Shown here one piece after another: positions 15,801 through 28,450 of a DNA stretch of 64,000 nucleotides. The DNA is from Eledone cirrhosa (lineage: Eukaryota): contig OZ024744.1 of NCBI GenBank assembly GCA_964016885.1, positions 7,006,001 to 7,070,000 on the forward strand, given 5' to 3'. Numbering within the stretch: position 1 is the first letter of the stretch; every line of letters begins with the position of its first letter. Below the pieces are notes generated by a model, which had not been told where the DNA came from, ran no database searches, and saw nothing but the letters and a program-made list of their open reading frames with translations. The position numbers and the translations under genes were made by a program.

Positions 15801-18320
15801 GTATTGCACTGATATAGGTGTGGTGCAGTAACAGTTATTTCTACTGCAGTATTGCACTGATGTATGTGTGGTGCAGTAACGGTTATGTCTACTGCAGTAT
15901 TGCACTGATGTACGTGTGGTGCAGTAACGGTTATGTCTACTGCAGTATTGCAGTAAGGAAGGTGTGGTGCAGTAACGGTTATGTCTACTGCAGTATTGCA
16001 CTGAGGTAGGTGTCGTGCAGTAACGGTTATGTCTACTGCAGTATTGCACTGAGGTAGGTGTGGTGCAGTAACGGTTATGTCTACTGCAGTATTGCACTGA
16101 TGTAGGTGTGGTGCAGTAACGGTTATGTATCCTGCACTATTGCACTGAGGTAGGTGTGGTGCAGTAACGGTTATGTCTAATGCACTATAGCACGGACGTA
16201 CGTGTGGTGCAGTAACGGTTATGTCTACTGCAATATTGCACTGATATAGGTGTAGTGCAGTAGCGGTTATTTCTACTGCAGTATTGCACTGAGGTAGGTG
16301 TGGTGCAGTAACGGTTATGCCTACTACAATATTGCACTGATGTAGGTGTGGTGCAGTAACGGGTATGTCTCTGCAGTATTACACTGATGTAAGTGTGGTG
16401 CAGTAACGGTTATGTCTACTGCAGTATTGAACTGATGAAGGTGTGGTCTAGTAAGGGTTATGTCTACTGCAGTATTGCACTGATGTAGGTGTGGTGCAGT
16501 AACGGTCATGTCTACAGCAGTATTGCACTGAGGTAAGTGTGGTGCAGTAACGGTTATGTCTACTGCAGTATTGCACTGAGCTAGGTGTGGTGCAGTAACG
16601 GTTATGTCTACTGCAGTATTGCACTGATGAAGGTGTGGTGCAGTAAAGGTTATTTCTACTGCTGTATTGCACTGAGATAGGTGTGGTGCAGTAACATTTA
16701 TGTCTACTGCAGTATTGCACTGAGGTAGGTGTGGTGCAGTAACGGTTATGTCTACTGCAGTATTGCACTGATGTAGGCGTGGTGCAGTAACGATTATGTC
16801 TACTGCAGTATTGCACTGAGGCAGGTGTGGTGCAGTAACGGTTATGTCTACTGCAGTATTGCACTGAGGTAGGTGTGGTGCAGCAACGGTTATGTCTACT
16901 GCAGTATTGCACTGAGGTAGGTGTGGTGCAGTACCGGTTATGTCTTCTGCAGTATTGCACTGATGTAGGTGTGGTGCAGTAACGGTTATTTCTACTGCAG
17001 TATTGCACTGATGTAGGTGTGGTGCAGTAACGGTTATGTCTAATTGAAGTATTGCACTGATGTAGGTGTGGTGCAGTAACAGTTATGTCTACTGCAGTAT
17101 TGCACTGATGTAGGTGTGGTGGAATAACGGTTATGTCTACTGCAGTATTGCACTGAGTTAGGTGTGGTGCAGTAGCGGTATGTCTACTGCAGTATTGCAC
17201 TGATGTAGGTGTGGTGCATTATCGCTTATGTCTACTGCAGTCTTGCATTGATGTAGGTGTGGTGCAGTAACGGTTATGTCTACTGCAGTATTGCACTGAT
17301 ATAGGCGTGGTGCAGTAACGGTTATGTCTACTGCAGTATTGCACTGATGTAGGCGTGGTGCAGTAACGGTTATGTCTACTGCAGTATTGCACTGATTAGG
17401 TGTGGTGCAGTAACGGTTATTGCTACTGCAGTATTGCACTGATGTAGGTGTGGCGCATTAACGCTTATGTCTACTGCAGTATTGCACTGAGGTAGGTGTG
17501 GTGCAGTAACCGTTATGTCTACTGCAGTATTGCACTGATGTAGGTGTGGTGCAGTAACGGGTATGTCTACCGCAGTATTGCACTATTGTAGGTGTGGTGC
17601 AGTAACGTTTATGTCTACTGCAATATTGTACTGATATAGGTGTGGTGCAGTAACGGTTATGTCTACTGCAGTATTGCACTGAGATAGGTGTGGTGCAGTA
17701 ACCGTTATGTTTACTGCAGTATTGCACTGATGTGGGTGTGGTGCAGTAACAGTTATGTCTACTGCAGTATTGCACTGAGGTAGGTGTGGTGCAGTAACGG
17801 TTATGTCTACTGCAGTATTGAACTGAGGTAGGTGTGGTGCAGTAACGGTTATTTCTACTGCAGTATTGCACTATTGTAGGTGTGGTGCAGTAACGGTTAT
17901 GTCTACTGCAATATTGCACAGATATAGGTGTAGTGCAGTAACGGTTATGTCTACTGCAGTATTGCACTGATGTAGGTGTGGTGCAGTAACGGTTATGTCT
18001 AATGCAGTATTGCACTGATGTAGGTGTGGTGCAGTAACGGGTATGTCTACCGCAGTATTGCACTATTGTAGGTGTGGTGCAGTAACGGTTATGTCTACTG
18101 CAATATTGCACTGATATAGGTGTAGTGCAGTAACGGTTATGTATACTGCAGTATTGAACTGAGGTATGTGTGGTGCAGTAACGGATATTTCTACTGCAGT
18201 ATTGCACTATTGTAGGTGTAGTGCACTAACGGTTATGTCTACTGCAGTATTGCACTGATTAGGTGTGGTGCAGTAACGGTTATTTCTACTGCAGTATTGC
18301 ACTGATGTAGGTGTAGTGCA
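9883..18320. repeat. Higher-order repeat copy 2 (8438 bp, ~176 monomers), followed by a partial copy 3 from 18321 to ~19900
   Basis: Offsets of 8438 for 8720/17158, 9020/17458, 9883/18321 and 10538/18976. Confidence 0.9.
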
Positions 18321-19879
18321 TTAACGCTTATGTCTACTGCAGTATTGCACTGAGGTAGGTGTGGTGCAGTAACGGTTATGTCTACTGCAGTATTGCACTG
18401 ATGTAGGTGTGGTGCAGTAACGGTTATGACTACCGCAGTAATGCACTATTGTAGGTGTGGTGCAGTAACGGTTATGTCTACTGCAATATTGCAATGATAT
18501 AGGTGTGGTGCAGTAACGGTTATGTCTACCGCAGTATTGAACTGAGGTAGGTGTGGTGCAGTAACGGTTATTTCTACTGCAGTATTGCACTATTGTAGGT
18601 GTAGTGCAGTAACGGTTATGTCTACTGCAGTATTGCACTGATGTAGGTGTGGTGCAGTAACGGTTATGTCTACTGCAGTATTGCACTGATGTAGGTGTGG
18701 TGCAGTAACGGTTATGTCTACTGCAGTATTGCACTGAGGTAAGTGTGGTGCAATAACGGTTATTTCTACTGCAGTATTGCACAGATGTAGTTGTGGTGCA
18801 GTAACGGTTATGTCTACTGCAATATTGCACTGAGGTAGGTGTGGTGCAGTAACGGTTATGTCTACTGCAGTATTGCACTGAGGTAGGAGTGGTGCAGTAA
18901 CGGTTATGTCTACTGCAGTATTGCACTGATGTACGTGTGGTGCAGTAACGGTTATGTCTACTTGCAGTATTGCACTTATGTAGGTGTGGTGCAGTAACAG
19001 TTATGTCTACCGCAGTATTGCATTGGTGTAGGTGTGGTGCAGTAACGGTTATGTCTACTGCAGTATTGCACTGATGAAGGTGTGGTGCAGTAACAGTTAT
19101 GTCTACAGCAGTATTGCACTGATGTAGGTGTGGTGCAGTAACGGTCATGTCTACAGCAGTATTGCACTGATGTAGGTGTGGTGCAGTAACGGTTATTTCT
19201 ACTGCAGTATTGCACTGAGGTAGGTGTGGTGCAGTAACGGTTATGTCTACTGCAGTATTGCACTGAGCTAGGTGTGGTGCAGTAACGGTTATATCTACTG
19301 CAGTATTGCACTTATGTAGGTGTGGTGCAGTAACGGTTATGTCTAGTGTAGTATTGCACTGATGTAGGTGTGGTGCAGTAACGGTTATGTCTACTGCAGT
19401 ATTGCACTGATGTAGGTGTGGTGTAGTAACGGTTATTTCTACTGCAGTATTGCACTGAGATAGGTGTGGTGCAGTAACGGTTATGTCTACTGCAGTATTG
19501 CACTGAGATAAATGTGGTGCAGTAACGGTTATGTCTACTGCAGTATTGCACTGATGTAGGTGTGGTGCTGTAACGGTTATGTCTACTGCAGTATTGCACT
19601 GAGGTAGGTGTGGTGCAGTAACGGTTATGCCTATTGCATTATTGCACTGAGGTAGGTGTGGTGCAGTAACGGTTATGTCTACTGCAGTATTGCACTGCTG
19701 TAGGTGTGGTGCAGTAACGGTTATGTCTACTGCAGTATTGCCCTGATGTAGGTGTGGTGCAGTAACGGTTATGTCTACTGCAGTATTGCCCTGATGTAGG
19801 TGTGGTGCAGTAACGGTTATTTCTACTGCGGTATTGCACTGAGGTAGGTGTGGTGCAGTAACGGTTATGTCTACTGCAG

Positions 19880-22657
19880 TATTGCACTGAGCTAGGTGTG
19901 GTGCAGTAACGGTTATGTCTACTGCAGTATTGCACCGAGGTAGGTGTGGTGCAGTAAAGGTTATTTCTACTGCAGTATTGCACTGATGTAGGTGTGGTGC
20001 AGTAACGGTTATGTCTACTGCAGTATTGCACTGATTAGGTGTGGTGCAGTAACTGTTATGTCTACTGCAGTATTGCACTGATTTAGGTGTGGTGCAGTAG
20101 CAGTATGTCTACTGCAGTATTGCACTGAGGTAGGTGTGGTGCAGTAACGGTTATGTCTTCTGCAGTAATGCACTGATGTAGGTGTGGTGCAGTAACGGTT
20201 ATGTCTACTGCAGTATTGCACTGAGGTAGGTGTGGTGCAGTAACGGTTATGTCTACTGCAGTATTGCACTGAGGTAGGTGTGGTGCAGTAACGGTTATGT
20301 CTACTGCAGTATTGCACTAGGTAGGTGTGGTGCAGTAACGATTATGTCTACGGCAGTATTTCACTGATGTAGGTCTGGTGCAGTAACGGTTAATTCTACT
20401 GCAGTATTGCACTGATGTAGGTGTGATGCAGTAACGATTATGTCTACTGCAGTATTGCACTGAGATAGGTGTGGTGCAGTACCGGTTATGTCTACTGCAG
20501 CATTGCACTGATATAGGTGTGATGCAGTAACGATTATGTCTACTGCAGTATTGCACTGACTTAGGTGTGGTGCAGTAATGGTTATGTCTACTGCAGTATT
20601 GCACTGATGTAGTTGTGGTGCAGTAACGGTTATGTCTACTGCAATATTGCACTGAGGTAGGTGTGGTGCATTAACGCTTATGTCTACTGCAGTATTGCAC
20701 TGAGGTAGGTTTGGTGCAGTAACGGTTATGTCTACTGCAGTATTGTACTGATGTAGGTGTGGTGCAGTAACGATTATGTCTACTGCAGTATTCCACTGAG
20801 GTAGGCGTGGTGCAGTACCGGTTATGTCTACTGCAGTATTGCACTGATGTAGGTGTGGTGCAGTAACGGTTATTTCTACTGCAGTATTGCACTGAGGTAG
20901 GTGAGGTGCAGTAATGGCTATGTCTACAGCAGTATTGCACTGAGGTAGGTGTGGTGCAGTAACGGTTATGTATACTCCAGTATTGCACTGATGTAGGTGT
21001 GGTGCAGTAACGGGTATGTCTACTGCAGTATTGCACTGATGTAGGTGTGGTGCAGTAACAGTTATTTCTACTGCAGTATTGCACTGATGTATGTGTGGTG
21101 CAGTAACGGTTATGTCTACTGCAGTATTGCACTGATGTACGTGTGGTGCAGTAACGGTTATGTCCACTGCAGTATTGCACTGAGGAAGGTGTGGTGCAGT
21201 AACGGTTATGTCTACTGCAGTATTGCACTGAGGTAGGTGTCGTGCAGTAACGGTTATGTCTACTGCAGTATTGCACTGAGCTAGGTGTGGTGCAGTAACG
21301 GTTATGTCTACTGCAGTATTGCACCGAGGTAGGTGTGGTGCAGTAAAGGTTATTTCTACTGCAGTATTGCACTGATGTAGGTGTGGTGCAGTAACGGTTA
21401 TGTCTACTGCAGTATTGCACTGATTAGGTGTGGTGCAGTAACTGTTATGTCTACTGCAGTATTGCACTGATTTAGGTGTGGTGCAGTAGCAGTATGTCTA
21501 CTCCAGTATTGCACTGAGGTAGGTGTGGTGCAGTAACGGTTATGTCTTCTGCAGTAATGCACTGATGTAGGTGTGGTGCAGTAACGGTTATGTCTACTGC
21601 AGTATTGCACTGAGGTAGGTGTGGTGCAGTAACGGTTATGTCTACTGCAGTATTGCACTGAGGTAGGTGTGGTGCAGTAACGGTTATGTCTACTGCAGTA
21701 TTGCACTAGGTAGGTGTGGTGCAGTAACGATTATGTCTACGGCAGTATTTCACTGATGTAGGTCTGGTGCAGTAACGGTTAATTCTACTGCAGTATTGCA
21801 CTGATGTAGGTGTGATGCAGTAACGATTATGTCTACTGCAGTATTGCACTGAGATAGGTGTGGTGCAGTACCGGTTATGTCTACTGCAGTATTGCACTGA
21901 TATAGGTGTGATGCAGTAACGATTATGTCTACTGCAGTATTGCACTGACTTAGGTGTGGTGCAGTAATGGTTATGTCTACTGCAGTATTGCACTGATGTA
22001 GTTGTGGTGCAGTAACGGTTATGTCTACTGCAATATTGCACTGAGGTAGGTGTGGTGCATTAACGCTTATGTCTACTGCAGTATTGCACTGAGGTAGGTT
22101 TGGTGCAGTAACGGTTATGTCTACTGCAGTATTGTACTGATGTAGGTGTGGTGCAGTAACGATTATGTCTACTGCAGTATTCCACTGAGGTAGGCGTGGT
22201 GCAGTACCGGTTATGTCTACTGCAGTATTGCACTGATGTAGGTGTGGTGCAGTAACGGTTATTTCTACTGCAGTATTGCACTGAGGTAGGTGAGGTGCAG
22301 TAATGGCTATGTCTACAGCAGTATTGCACTGAGGTAGGTGTGGTGCAGTAACGGTTATGTATACTCCAGTATTGCACTGATGTAGGTGTGGTGCAGTAAC
22401 GGGTATGTCTACTGCAGTATTGCACTGATGTAGGTGTGGTGCAGTAACAGTTATTTCTACTGCAGTATTGCACTGATGTATGTGTGGTGCAGTAACGGTT
22501 ATGTCTACTGCAGTATTGCACTGATGTACGTGTGGTGCAGTAACGGTTATGTCCACTGCAGTATTGCACTGAGGAAGGTGTGGTGCAGTAACGGTTATGT
22601 CTACTGCAGTATTGCACTGAGGTAGGTGTCGTGCAGTAACGGTTATGTCTACTGCAG
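19880..22657. repeat. Tandem duplication of 1389 bp (~29 monomers)
   Basis: ORFs 20015/21404, 20317/21706 and 21045/22434 are offset by 1389. Shared rare variants include GAGCTAGG, CACCGAGG and CACTAGG. Confidence 0.88.
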
Positions 22658-25600
22658 TATTGCACTGAGATAGGTGTGGTGCAGTAACGGTTATGTCTAC
22701 TGCAGTATTGCACTGATGTAGGTGTGGTGCAGTAACGGTTATGTCTCTTGCACTATTGCACTGAGGTAGGTGTGGTGCAGTAACGGGTATGTCTAATGCA
22801 GTATTGCACTGATGTATGTGTGGTGCAGTAACGGTTATTTCTACTGCAATATTGCACTGATGTAGGTGTGGTGTAGTAACGGTTATGTCTACTGCAGTAT
22901 TGCATTGAGGCAGCTGTGGTGCAGTAACGGTTATGTCTACTGCAGTATTGCACTGAGGTAGATGTGGTGCAGTAACGGTTATGTCTACTGCAGTATTGCA
23001 CTGATGTAGGTGTGATGCAGTAACAGTTATGTCTACTGCAGTATTGCACTGAGGTAGGTGTGGTGCAGTAACGGTTATGTCTACTGCAGTATTGCACTGA
23101 TGTAGGTGTGGTGCAGTAACGGTTATTTCTACTGCAGTATTGCACTAAGTTATGTGTGGTGCAGTATCGGTTATCGTCTACTGCAGTATTGCACTGAGGT
23201 AGGTGTGGTGCAGTAACGATTATGTCTACTGCAGTATTGCACTGAGGTAGGTGAGGTGCAGTAATGGTTATGTCTACAGCAGTATTGCACTGATGTAGGT
23301 GTGGTGCAGTAACGGTTATGTCTACTGAAGTATTGCACTGAGGTAGGTGTGGTGCAGTAACGGTTACGTCTACTCCAGTATTGCACTGATGTAGGTGTGG
23401 TGCAGTAACGGGTATGTCTACTGCAGTATTGCACTGATGTAGGTGTGGTGCAGTAACAGTTATCTCTACTGCAGTATTGCACTGATGTAGGTATGGTGCA
23501 GTAACGGTTATGTCTACTGCAGTATTGCACTGAGGTAGGTGTCGTGCAGTAACGGTTATGTCTACTGCAGTATTGCACTGTGGTAGGTGTGGTGCAGTAA
23601 CGGTTTTGTCCACTGCAGTATTGCACTGATGTAGGTGTGGTGCAGTAACGGTTATGTCTCCTGCACTATTGCACTGAGGTAGGTGTGTTGCAGTAACGGT
23701 TATGTCTAATGCAGTATTGCACTGAGGTAGGTGTGGTGCAGTAACGGGTATGTCTACTGCAGTATTGCACTAACGTATGTGTGGTGCAGAAACGGTTATT
23801 TCTACTGCAGTATTGCACTGATGTAGGTGTGGTGCAGTAACGGTTATGTCTATTGCATTATTACACTGATGTAGGTGTCGTGCAGTAACGGTTATGTCTA
23901 CTGCAGTATTGCACTGAGTTAGGTGTGGTGCAGTAACGGTTATGTCTACTGCAGTATTACACTGAGGTAGGTGTGGTGCAGTAACAGTTATTTCTACTGC
24001 AGTATTGCACTGAGGTAGGTGTGGTGCAGTAACGGTTATTTCTACTGCAGTATTGAACTGATGTAGGTGTGGTGCAGTAACGGTTATGTCTACTGCAGTA
24101 TTGCACTGATGTATGTGTGGTGTAGTAACGGTTATTTCTACTGCAGTATTGCACTGATGTAGGTGTGGTGCAGTAACGGTTATGTCTACTGCAGTATTGC
24201 ATTGAGGTAGGTGTGGTGCACTAACGGTTATTTCTACTGCAGTATTACACTGAGGTAGGTGTGATGCAGTAACGGGTATGTCTACTGCAGTATTGCACTG
24301 ATGTATGTGTGGTGCAGTAACGGTTATTTCTACTGCAGTATTGCACTGATGTAGGTGTGGTGCAGTAACGGTTATGTCTACTGCAGTATTGCATTGAGGT
24401 AGGTGTGGTGCAGTAACGGTTATTGCTACTGCAGTATTGCACTGAGGTAGGTGTGGTGCAGTAACGGTTATGTCTACTGCAGTATTGCACTGATTTATTC
24501 AACATGATAGGGTTATTGGTATTTCTTATTAGGTGAGGCTAATCGTGCAGAGGCCCCTTGTTTGCCGTGTTTGTCTACATCCAGGAGTCATATCATTTAC
24601 ACTAGACGGGTTCATTGAAGTAAATACTAGTTAAATACTTGCCTGCGTTCATGGACCTATATCTCCCGTGGGTGTCGTAGTGGAGCCGTGTCATCATACA
24701 GCGTTTCTTGGACATTGTTTAATATCTGACAGAGCCCATTCCCTCTCCAGGTCTGAATACAGCAGAGTGAGAGAACAGAAGTGAGAAAGATATAGTTTAA
24801 GTATCCACCACAGTAGTAAACTAGTACATTTCCTTTTACGAATAAGACAAAGTCGGCATGTTACATACTAAGGGCAATATAATCTATTTTACCACCGTTT
24901 GGCAGCCATTTTATAGCATTGTTAATGGGGGGGGGGGAGGTTTTACAATATGCTGTAATTTTGCCGGCATTTTGTGTCAAGGTGTACATTACCTTTCATC
25001 CCCTCAGTGTCGTAACAGAATCATCTCTCAAATATTGGGGTCGATTCATTACCTCCTTTTTCTTTTTACCTCGCTCCATCCACCTCACCTCTCACTCTTC
25101 TCTCCCCCTCTCTCAATCTATCTATCTATCTATCTATCTATATATGTATATATGCGCGTTCAGAAATAGCTGTCGCAACGGTCGGAGCTCAGCCGTCGAG
25201 GTCCTGACTCGTTTCTTATATAAATATATATATATATTTTTTCATATATTTATATATTTTCCTCCCCTGTGACCCGTCTGTTTCTTTCTTACTGCTTCCC
25301 CTTTTCTTTGTATCTCTCACTTCCTTTTACCCCCTCTACCAGTCACTCTCTCTGTTAGCCTCTTCCTCACACTTTCACTCACTCACTCTCTGCTACTCCC
25401 TCTCCTACTTCCTCCCGTTTGACATGTGCGAGATTCTTTCCTCACTCACATTTCGACCAGGTTGGATGGTCTTTATTCTCTCTCGTCTACGATTTCACAG
25501 AACTTATGTTCATCGATTTCAGGGATTTGACTCCTTCTTCCTCACTTTTCGTTGCATTACCATCTTTGTTTGTTTACTGTCTCGCTCCTTCCCCCTATTT

Positions 25601-25744
25601 ACGTGTCCCAACGACTTTCTTTAGCCGTTGCTCGCACCAACCAGAGGTATATGATATTTAAAGCGATGAAATACCAATGAAGGCTGGAAGATCACTGATG
25701 AAGGACTAATTTTATTCATATATATATATATATTTATATATACA

Positions 25745-25921
25745 TTAGTAGAGGCACCCGGCTTTGCCGGGGTGAACGGCTGATAAGAGAAAACAGGTAG
25801 TTCTGGGTCTTCGTCAGGATCGGGCAATTCGGCGCCTATGATTTTATCAATTAGATCTGAAACTTTCAAAGACTGGTGTTAAACAACTTTATTAAGGCTA
25901 ACACAATATTCTTAAAAACGA
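25745..25921 (-). mobile_element. Short non-autonomous Helitron relic
   Basis: The - strand encodes LIDKIIGAELPDPDEDPEL, resembling the Helitron Rep IDxIISAEIPD..DP.L motif. It is followed by the hairpin CCCGGC-AAA-GCCGGG, 8 nt, and a CTAA (CTRR) terminus before T. A possible A|TC 5' end at 25921 is weak. Confidence 0.65.
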
Positions 25922-26119
25922 TATCTATCTATCTATATATCTGTTTGTATCTCCTTGTCTCGCGCTCCCTCCCTCTCACTCTGTCTACCTGTTACTATCG
26001 CCATGAGAAGTGCTTGACATACCGTTACCGTTTACTATGTACCTTACCCAAGATATATAGATGTCACAGAGAGGAAAATGGTCAAGGGAAGACAATAAAA
26101 AAAGTCATTGAGGCTTTCT

Positions 26120-27223
26120 ACCACTCATGATAACAATTAAAAAAAACAACAAAAAAGAAAACCACGTGACCAAGAAATACCGGGATGGCGGCCGGCAGGG
26201 AATAGCCGTGTCTCTACGGGAGGACGACCCCTCTAGTCTTGGTTGACACTCGTCCAAGAAGTGGTAACACGAAATGATTACCAATTGGCGGTTAACGATA
26301 AAACGCGACAAAATAAAGTAAATATCAAATGATAAAATCTCATACCGGATCGGCCGTCACCCGGGTCAAAAAGGGTCGCGTCCCTCAGGGAGGAACCAGA
26401 CTGGGGTCGAAAAATCAGCTAATGGTTCAAACCTTCCCATCACTTCGGAGCTGGAGACCTCCCATAACCGGAATACTCCTACTGTTGGCCCTCCATGCTC
26501 ACCACCAAGAAATCCAAAGAAAAAGAGAGAAAAATGGTCAAGGGAAGATAATAAAGAAGTCCTTGAGGCTTTCTACACTGCCATGTACTACCCATCAAAT
26601 ACATCGAATACAGAACAAACATATATCAACTGGAAAAAGAAACATCCCGAAAACAGAGACTATATTGACAGTTACAAACTAGCCAATATACGAAGAAATA
26701 TTGTAAAAAATAAGTTACTAATTGATATAGAAATTGATCAGATCAAGCTATTAGCACAAAGTCAGCGAAGGGAAAATGAAACATGTGTCAGTGAAAACGA
26801 GGCAAATTGTAACACTTCGAATCCCAGGGTTGGGGCGGAATCACTGGCAACAGAACAAATTAAAGAAAGGATCGAAAAAGTGGAGGGAGTGCATGCTCAA
26901 GATGAAACTCCAAATGAAAATAATGAGATCGTAAATCATAAAGAAATGAATGAGAATGAACTTGCCAACTTGAAGGATGAAATTATGATCGAATGGATGA
27001 AAATGAAAGAATCTGACATGGAGCAACGAGACACCCTCCCTAAGATCCAGAACTCCAAACAGAACCAAAAGATAATACACAAGACTAACATAATTCTCAA
27101 AAACATTATCATCACAAACAAACTAAACATTACTGATTTAAATCATCTCTATTATGCATCGGCTAAAGTCACCACTCACTTATGTGGAGTGAAGATAAAA
27201 AAACAAAGGAATGCCCACAAAAA
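26120..27223 (+). mobile_element. R4/Dong-like family B, 5' fragment (5'UTR plus N-terminal ORF part), 3'-truncated
   Basis: Nearly identical to 60072-61175. ORF 26583..27236 matches the N-terminal part of ORF 60276..61712. The ATG equivalent to 60276 is absent here. Confidence 0.9.
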
Positions 27224-27585
27224 CCACGGCTGTTGACGGTGGTAGTGTAGCCCTCTCCGGCGATTTTGTGGCCAGTGTAGTTACTGCGACTGTTAGTGTT
27301 GTCGCCGCTGCTGCCGCTGTTTTAGTTGTCCGTGCCCTTGGTATGGGTGCCATGGCTATTGCCCCCCTACTCACCGCGGAATGATCTGTTTCCTGTCCTA
27401 CTCATGGTAGCAGCGAACCGGGCATCGGAAGTAGGTTTCCTTCTCCTTTGCTGTTTTATGCGGGCAAAAGGCACAGAAATTACCCTTCGACCCACAGAGA
27501 TAACACTTTGCGCGCCTTCCTTCGACGCCTTCTTCGAGGTCTACGAGGTCCGGGATAGCCTCGATACACTCCTGGTCTTTTGAGA
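27224..27585 (-). pseudogene. Tx1-like ORF1 fragment (degenerate zinc knuckle), a further divergent variant
   Basis: DQECIEAIPD..VEGRRAKCYLCGSKGNFCAFC and APIPRARTTKTAAA align to ORF1 57434..58663 (NQECIEAIPD..VEGKRPKCFRCGSKTHLRAFC..APIPTPRKSKTAAA). Confidence 0.8.
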
Positions 27586-27793
27586 CGTGGTTCACTTCGC
27601 TCCTGTAAGTTTGTTCTATTTTCACTGTTATTCAAAATTTTCTATTGACATTTTGAAATCGTTTTGAAGCTAAGTAAGAACTGGCATACATGATTTCAAA
27701 ACGACATCAAATGTCAATGGAAGATGTTGACTAACAGTGAAGATAGAACAAACTTACAGGAGCGAAGTGAACCACGTCTCGAAAGGCTGAACC

Positions 27794-27856
<63 letters not shown>
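27794..27856. repeat. (AAT)n microsatellite
   Basis: Read directly; forms the 5' junction of a family A fragment. Confidence 0.99.
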
Positions 27857-27858
<2 letters not shown>

Positions 27859-28428
27859 GGCTGGAGACATGATGTGATGGGCAGGGTGATCCACTGGTAC
27901 CTATGCAAAGTAAACAATTTACCACATTCTGAGAAATGGTATGAGCATAAACCAGAGTCGGTGATAGAAAACGATCAGGTGAAGGTGCTGTGGGATTTTA
28001 GGATACAGACGGACAAGAAACTGGAACACAATAGACCTGACCTGGTGGTTTTGGACAAGGAAAAATGTTCGTGCCTGATTGTGGATGTGGCCTGCCCATT
28101 CGACACGAGAGTGCAAGAGAAGGAGAGGGAGAAAATTAACCGATACCAGGACTTAAAGTGGGAGGCAAAAAGGATTTGGAACTGCCATGAAGTCAAAGTG
28201 GTCCCGATTGTCATAGGCGCACTAGGGACTATCTCCAAAAGTTTCCAAGGATGCATAAAGAAAATTGGCACCGCCCCGCTTTTTGGAACACTTCAAAAGG
28301 CATGCTTGCTGGGAACAGCAAGAACCCTCCGATACGTCCTGAATATCTGAAGCTGCATGTAGTGGCTTGATATTCATTTCAACAAACTTTCCAGTTAAAT
28401 AATATCAATGACTCACACTCAAAGAACC
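27857..28428 (+). mobile_element. R4/Dong-like family A (subfamily A'), 5'-truncated: RLE endonuclease domain plus 3'UTR
   Basis: KGWRHD..WDFRIQTD..RPD..IVDVACPFD..EKINRYQDL..LRYVLNI matches the C-terminus of 33087..36479. Flanked by (AAT)n on both sides. Confidence 0.95.
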
Positions 28429-28450
28429 ATAATAATAATAATAATAATAA

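Larger units (their letters stand above)
1..24494. repeat. 48-bp tandem satellite array, consensus GGTGTGGTGCAGTAACGGTTATGTCTACTGCAGTATTGCACTGA(T/G)GTA; about 510 monomers in the window, open at the left edge
   Basis: Monomer read directly from the sequence. The 16-aa periodicity of the ORFs (VQYCSRHNRYCTTPTS / QCNTAVDITVTAPHLH) confirms 48 bp. The array ends abruptly at ...GCACTGAT|TTATTC, ~24494. Confidence 0.99.

Noticed and set aside
1-24494. CRISPR-like array of palindromic repeats
   Set aside because: Monomers are contiguous with no unique spacers, there are no cas genes, and the context is eukaryotic.
1-24494. Hammerhead-ribozyme satellite (CTGATGA appears in some monomers)
   Set aside because: The consensus is CTGATGT/CTGAGGT and there is no GAAA core partner.
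342-24505. Long Cys/His/Thr-rich ORFs of up to 664 aa on the - strand
   Set aside because: The 48-bp unit lacks stops in two - frames. ORFs switch frame at monomer indels, have no unique termini and mostly use non-ATG starts.
24495-25740. Short ORFs next to the satellite
   Set aside because: Low-complexity CT/AT-rich DNA with no recognisable domain; a small host exon cannot be excluded.
27724-28350. Poly-Asn plus endonuclease ORF
   Set aside because: Chance read-through of (AAT)n into a truncated A fragment.
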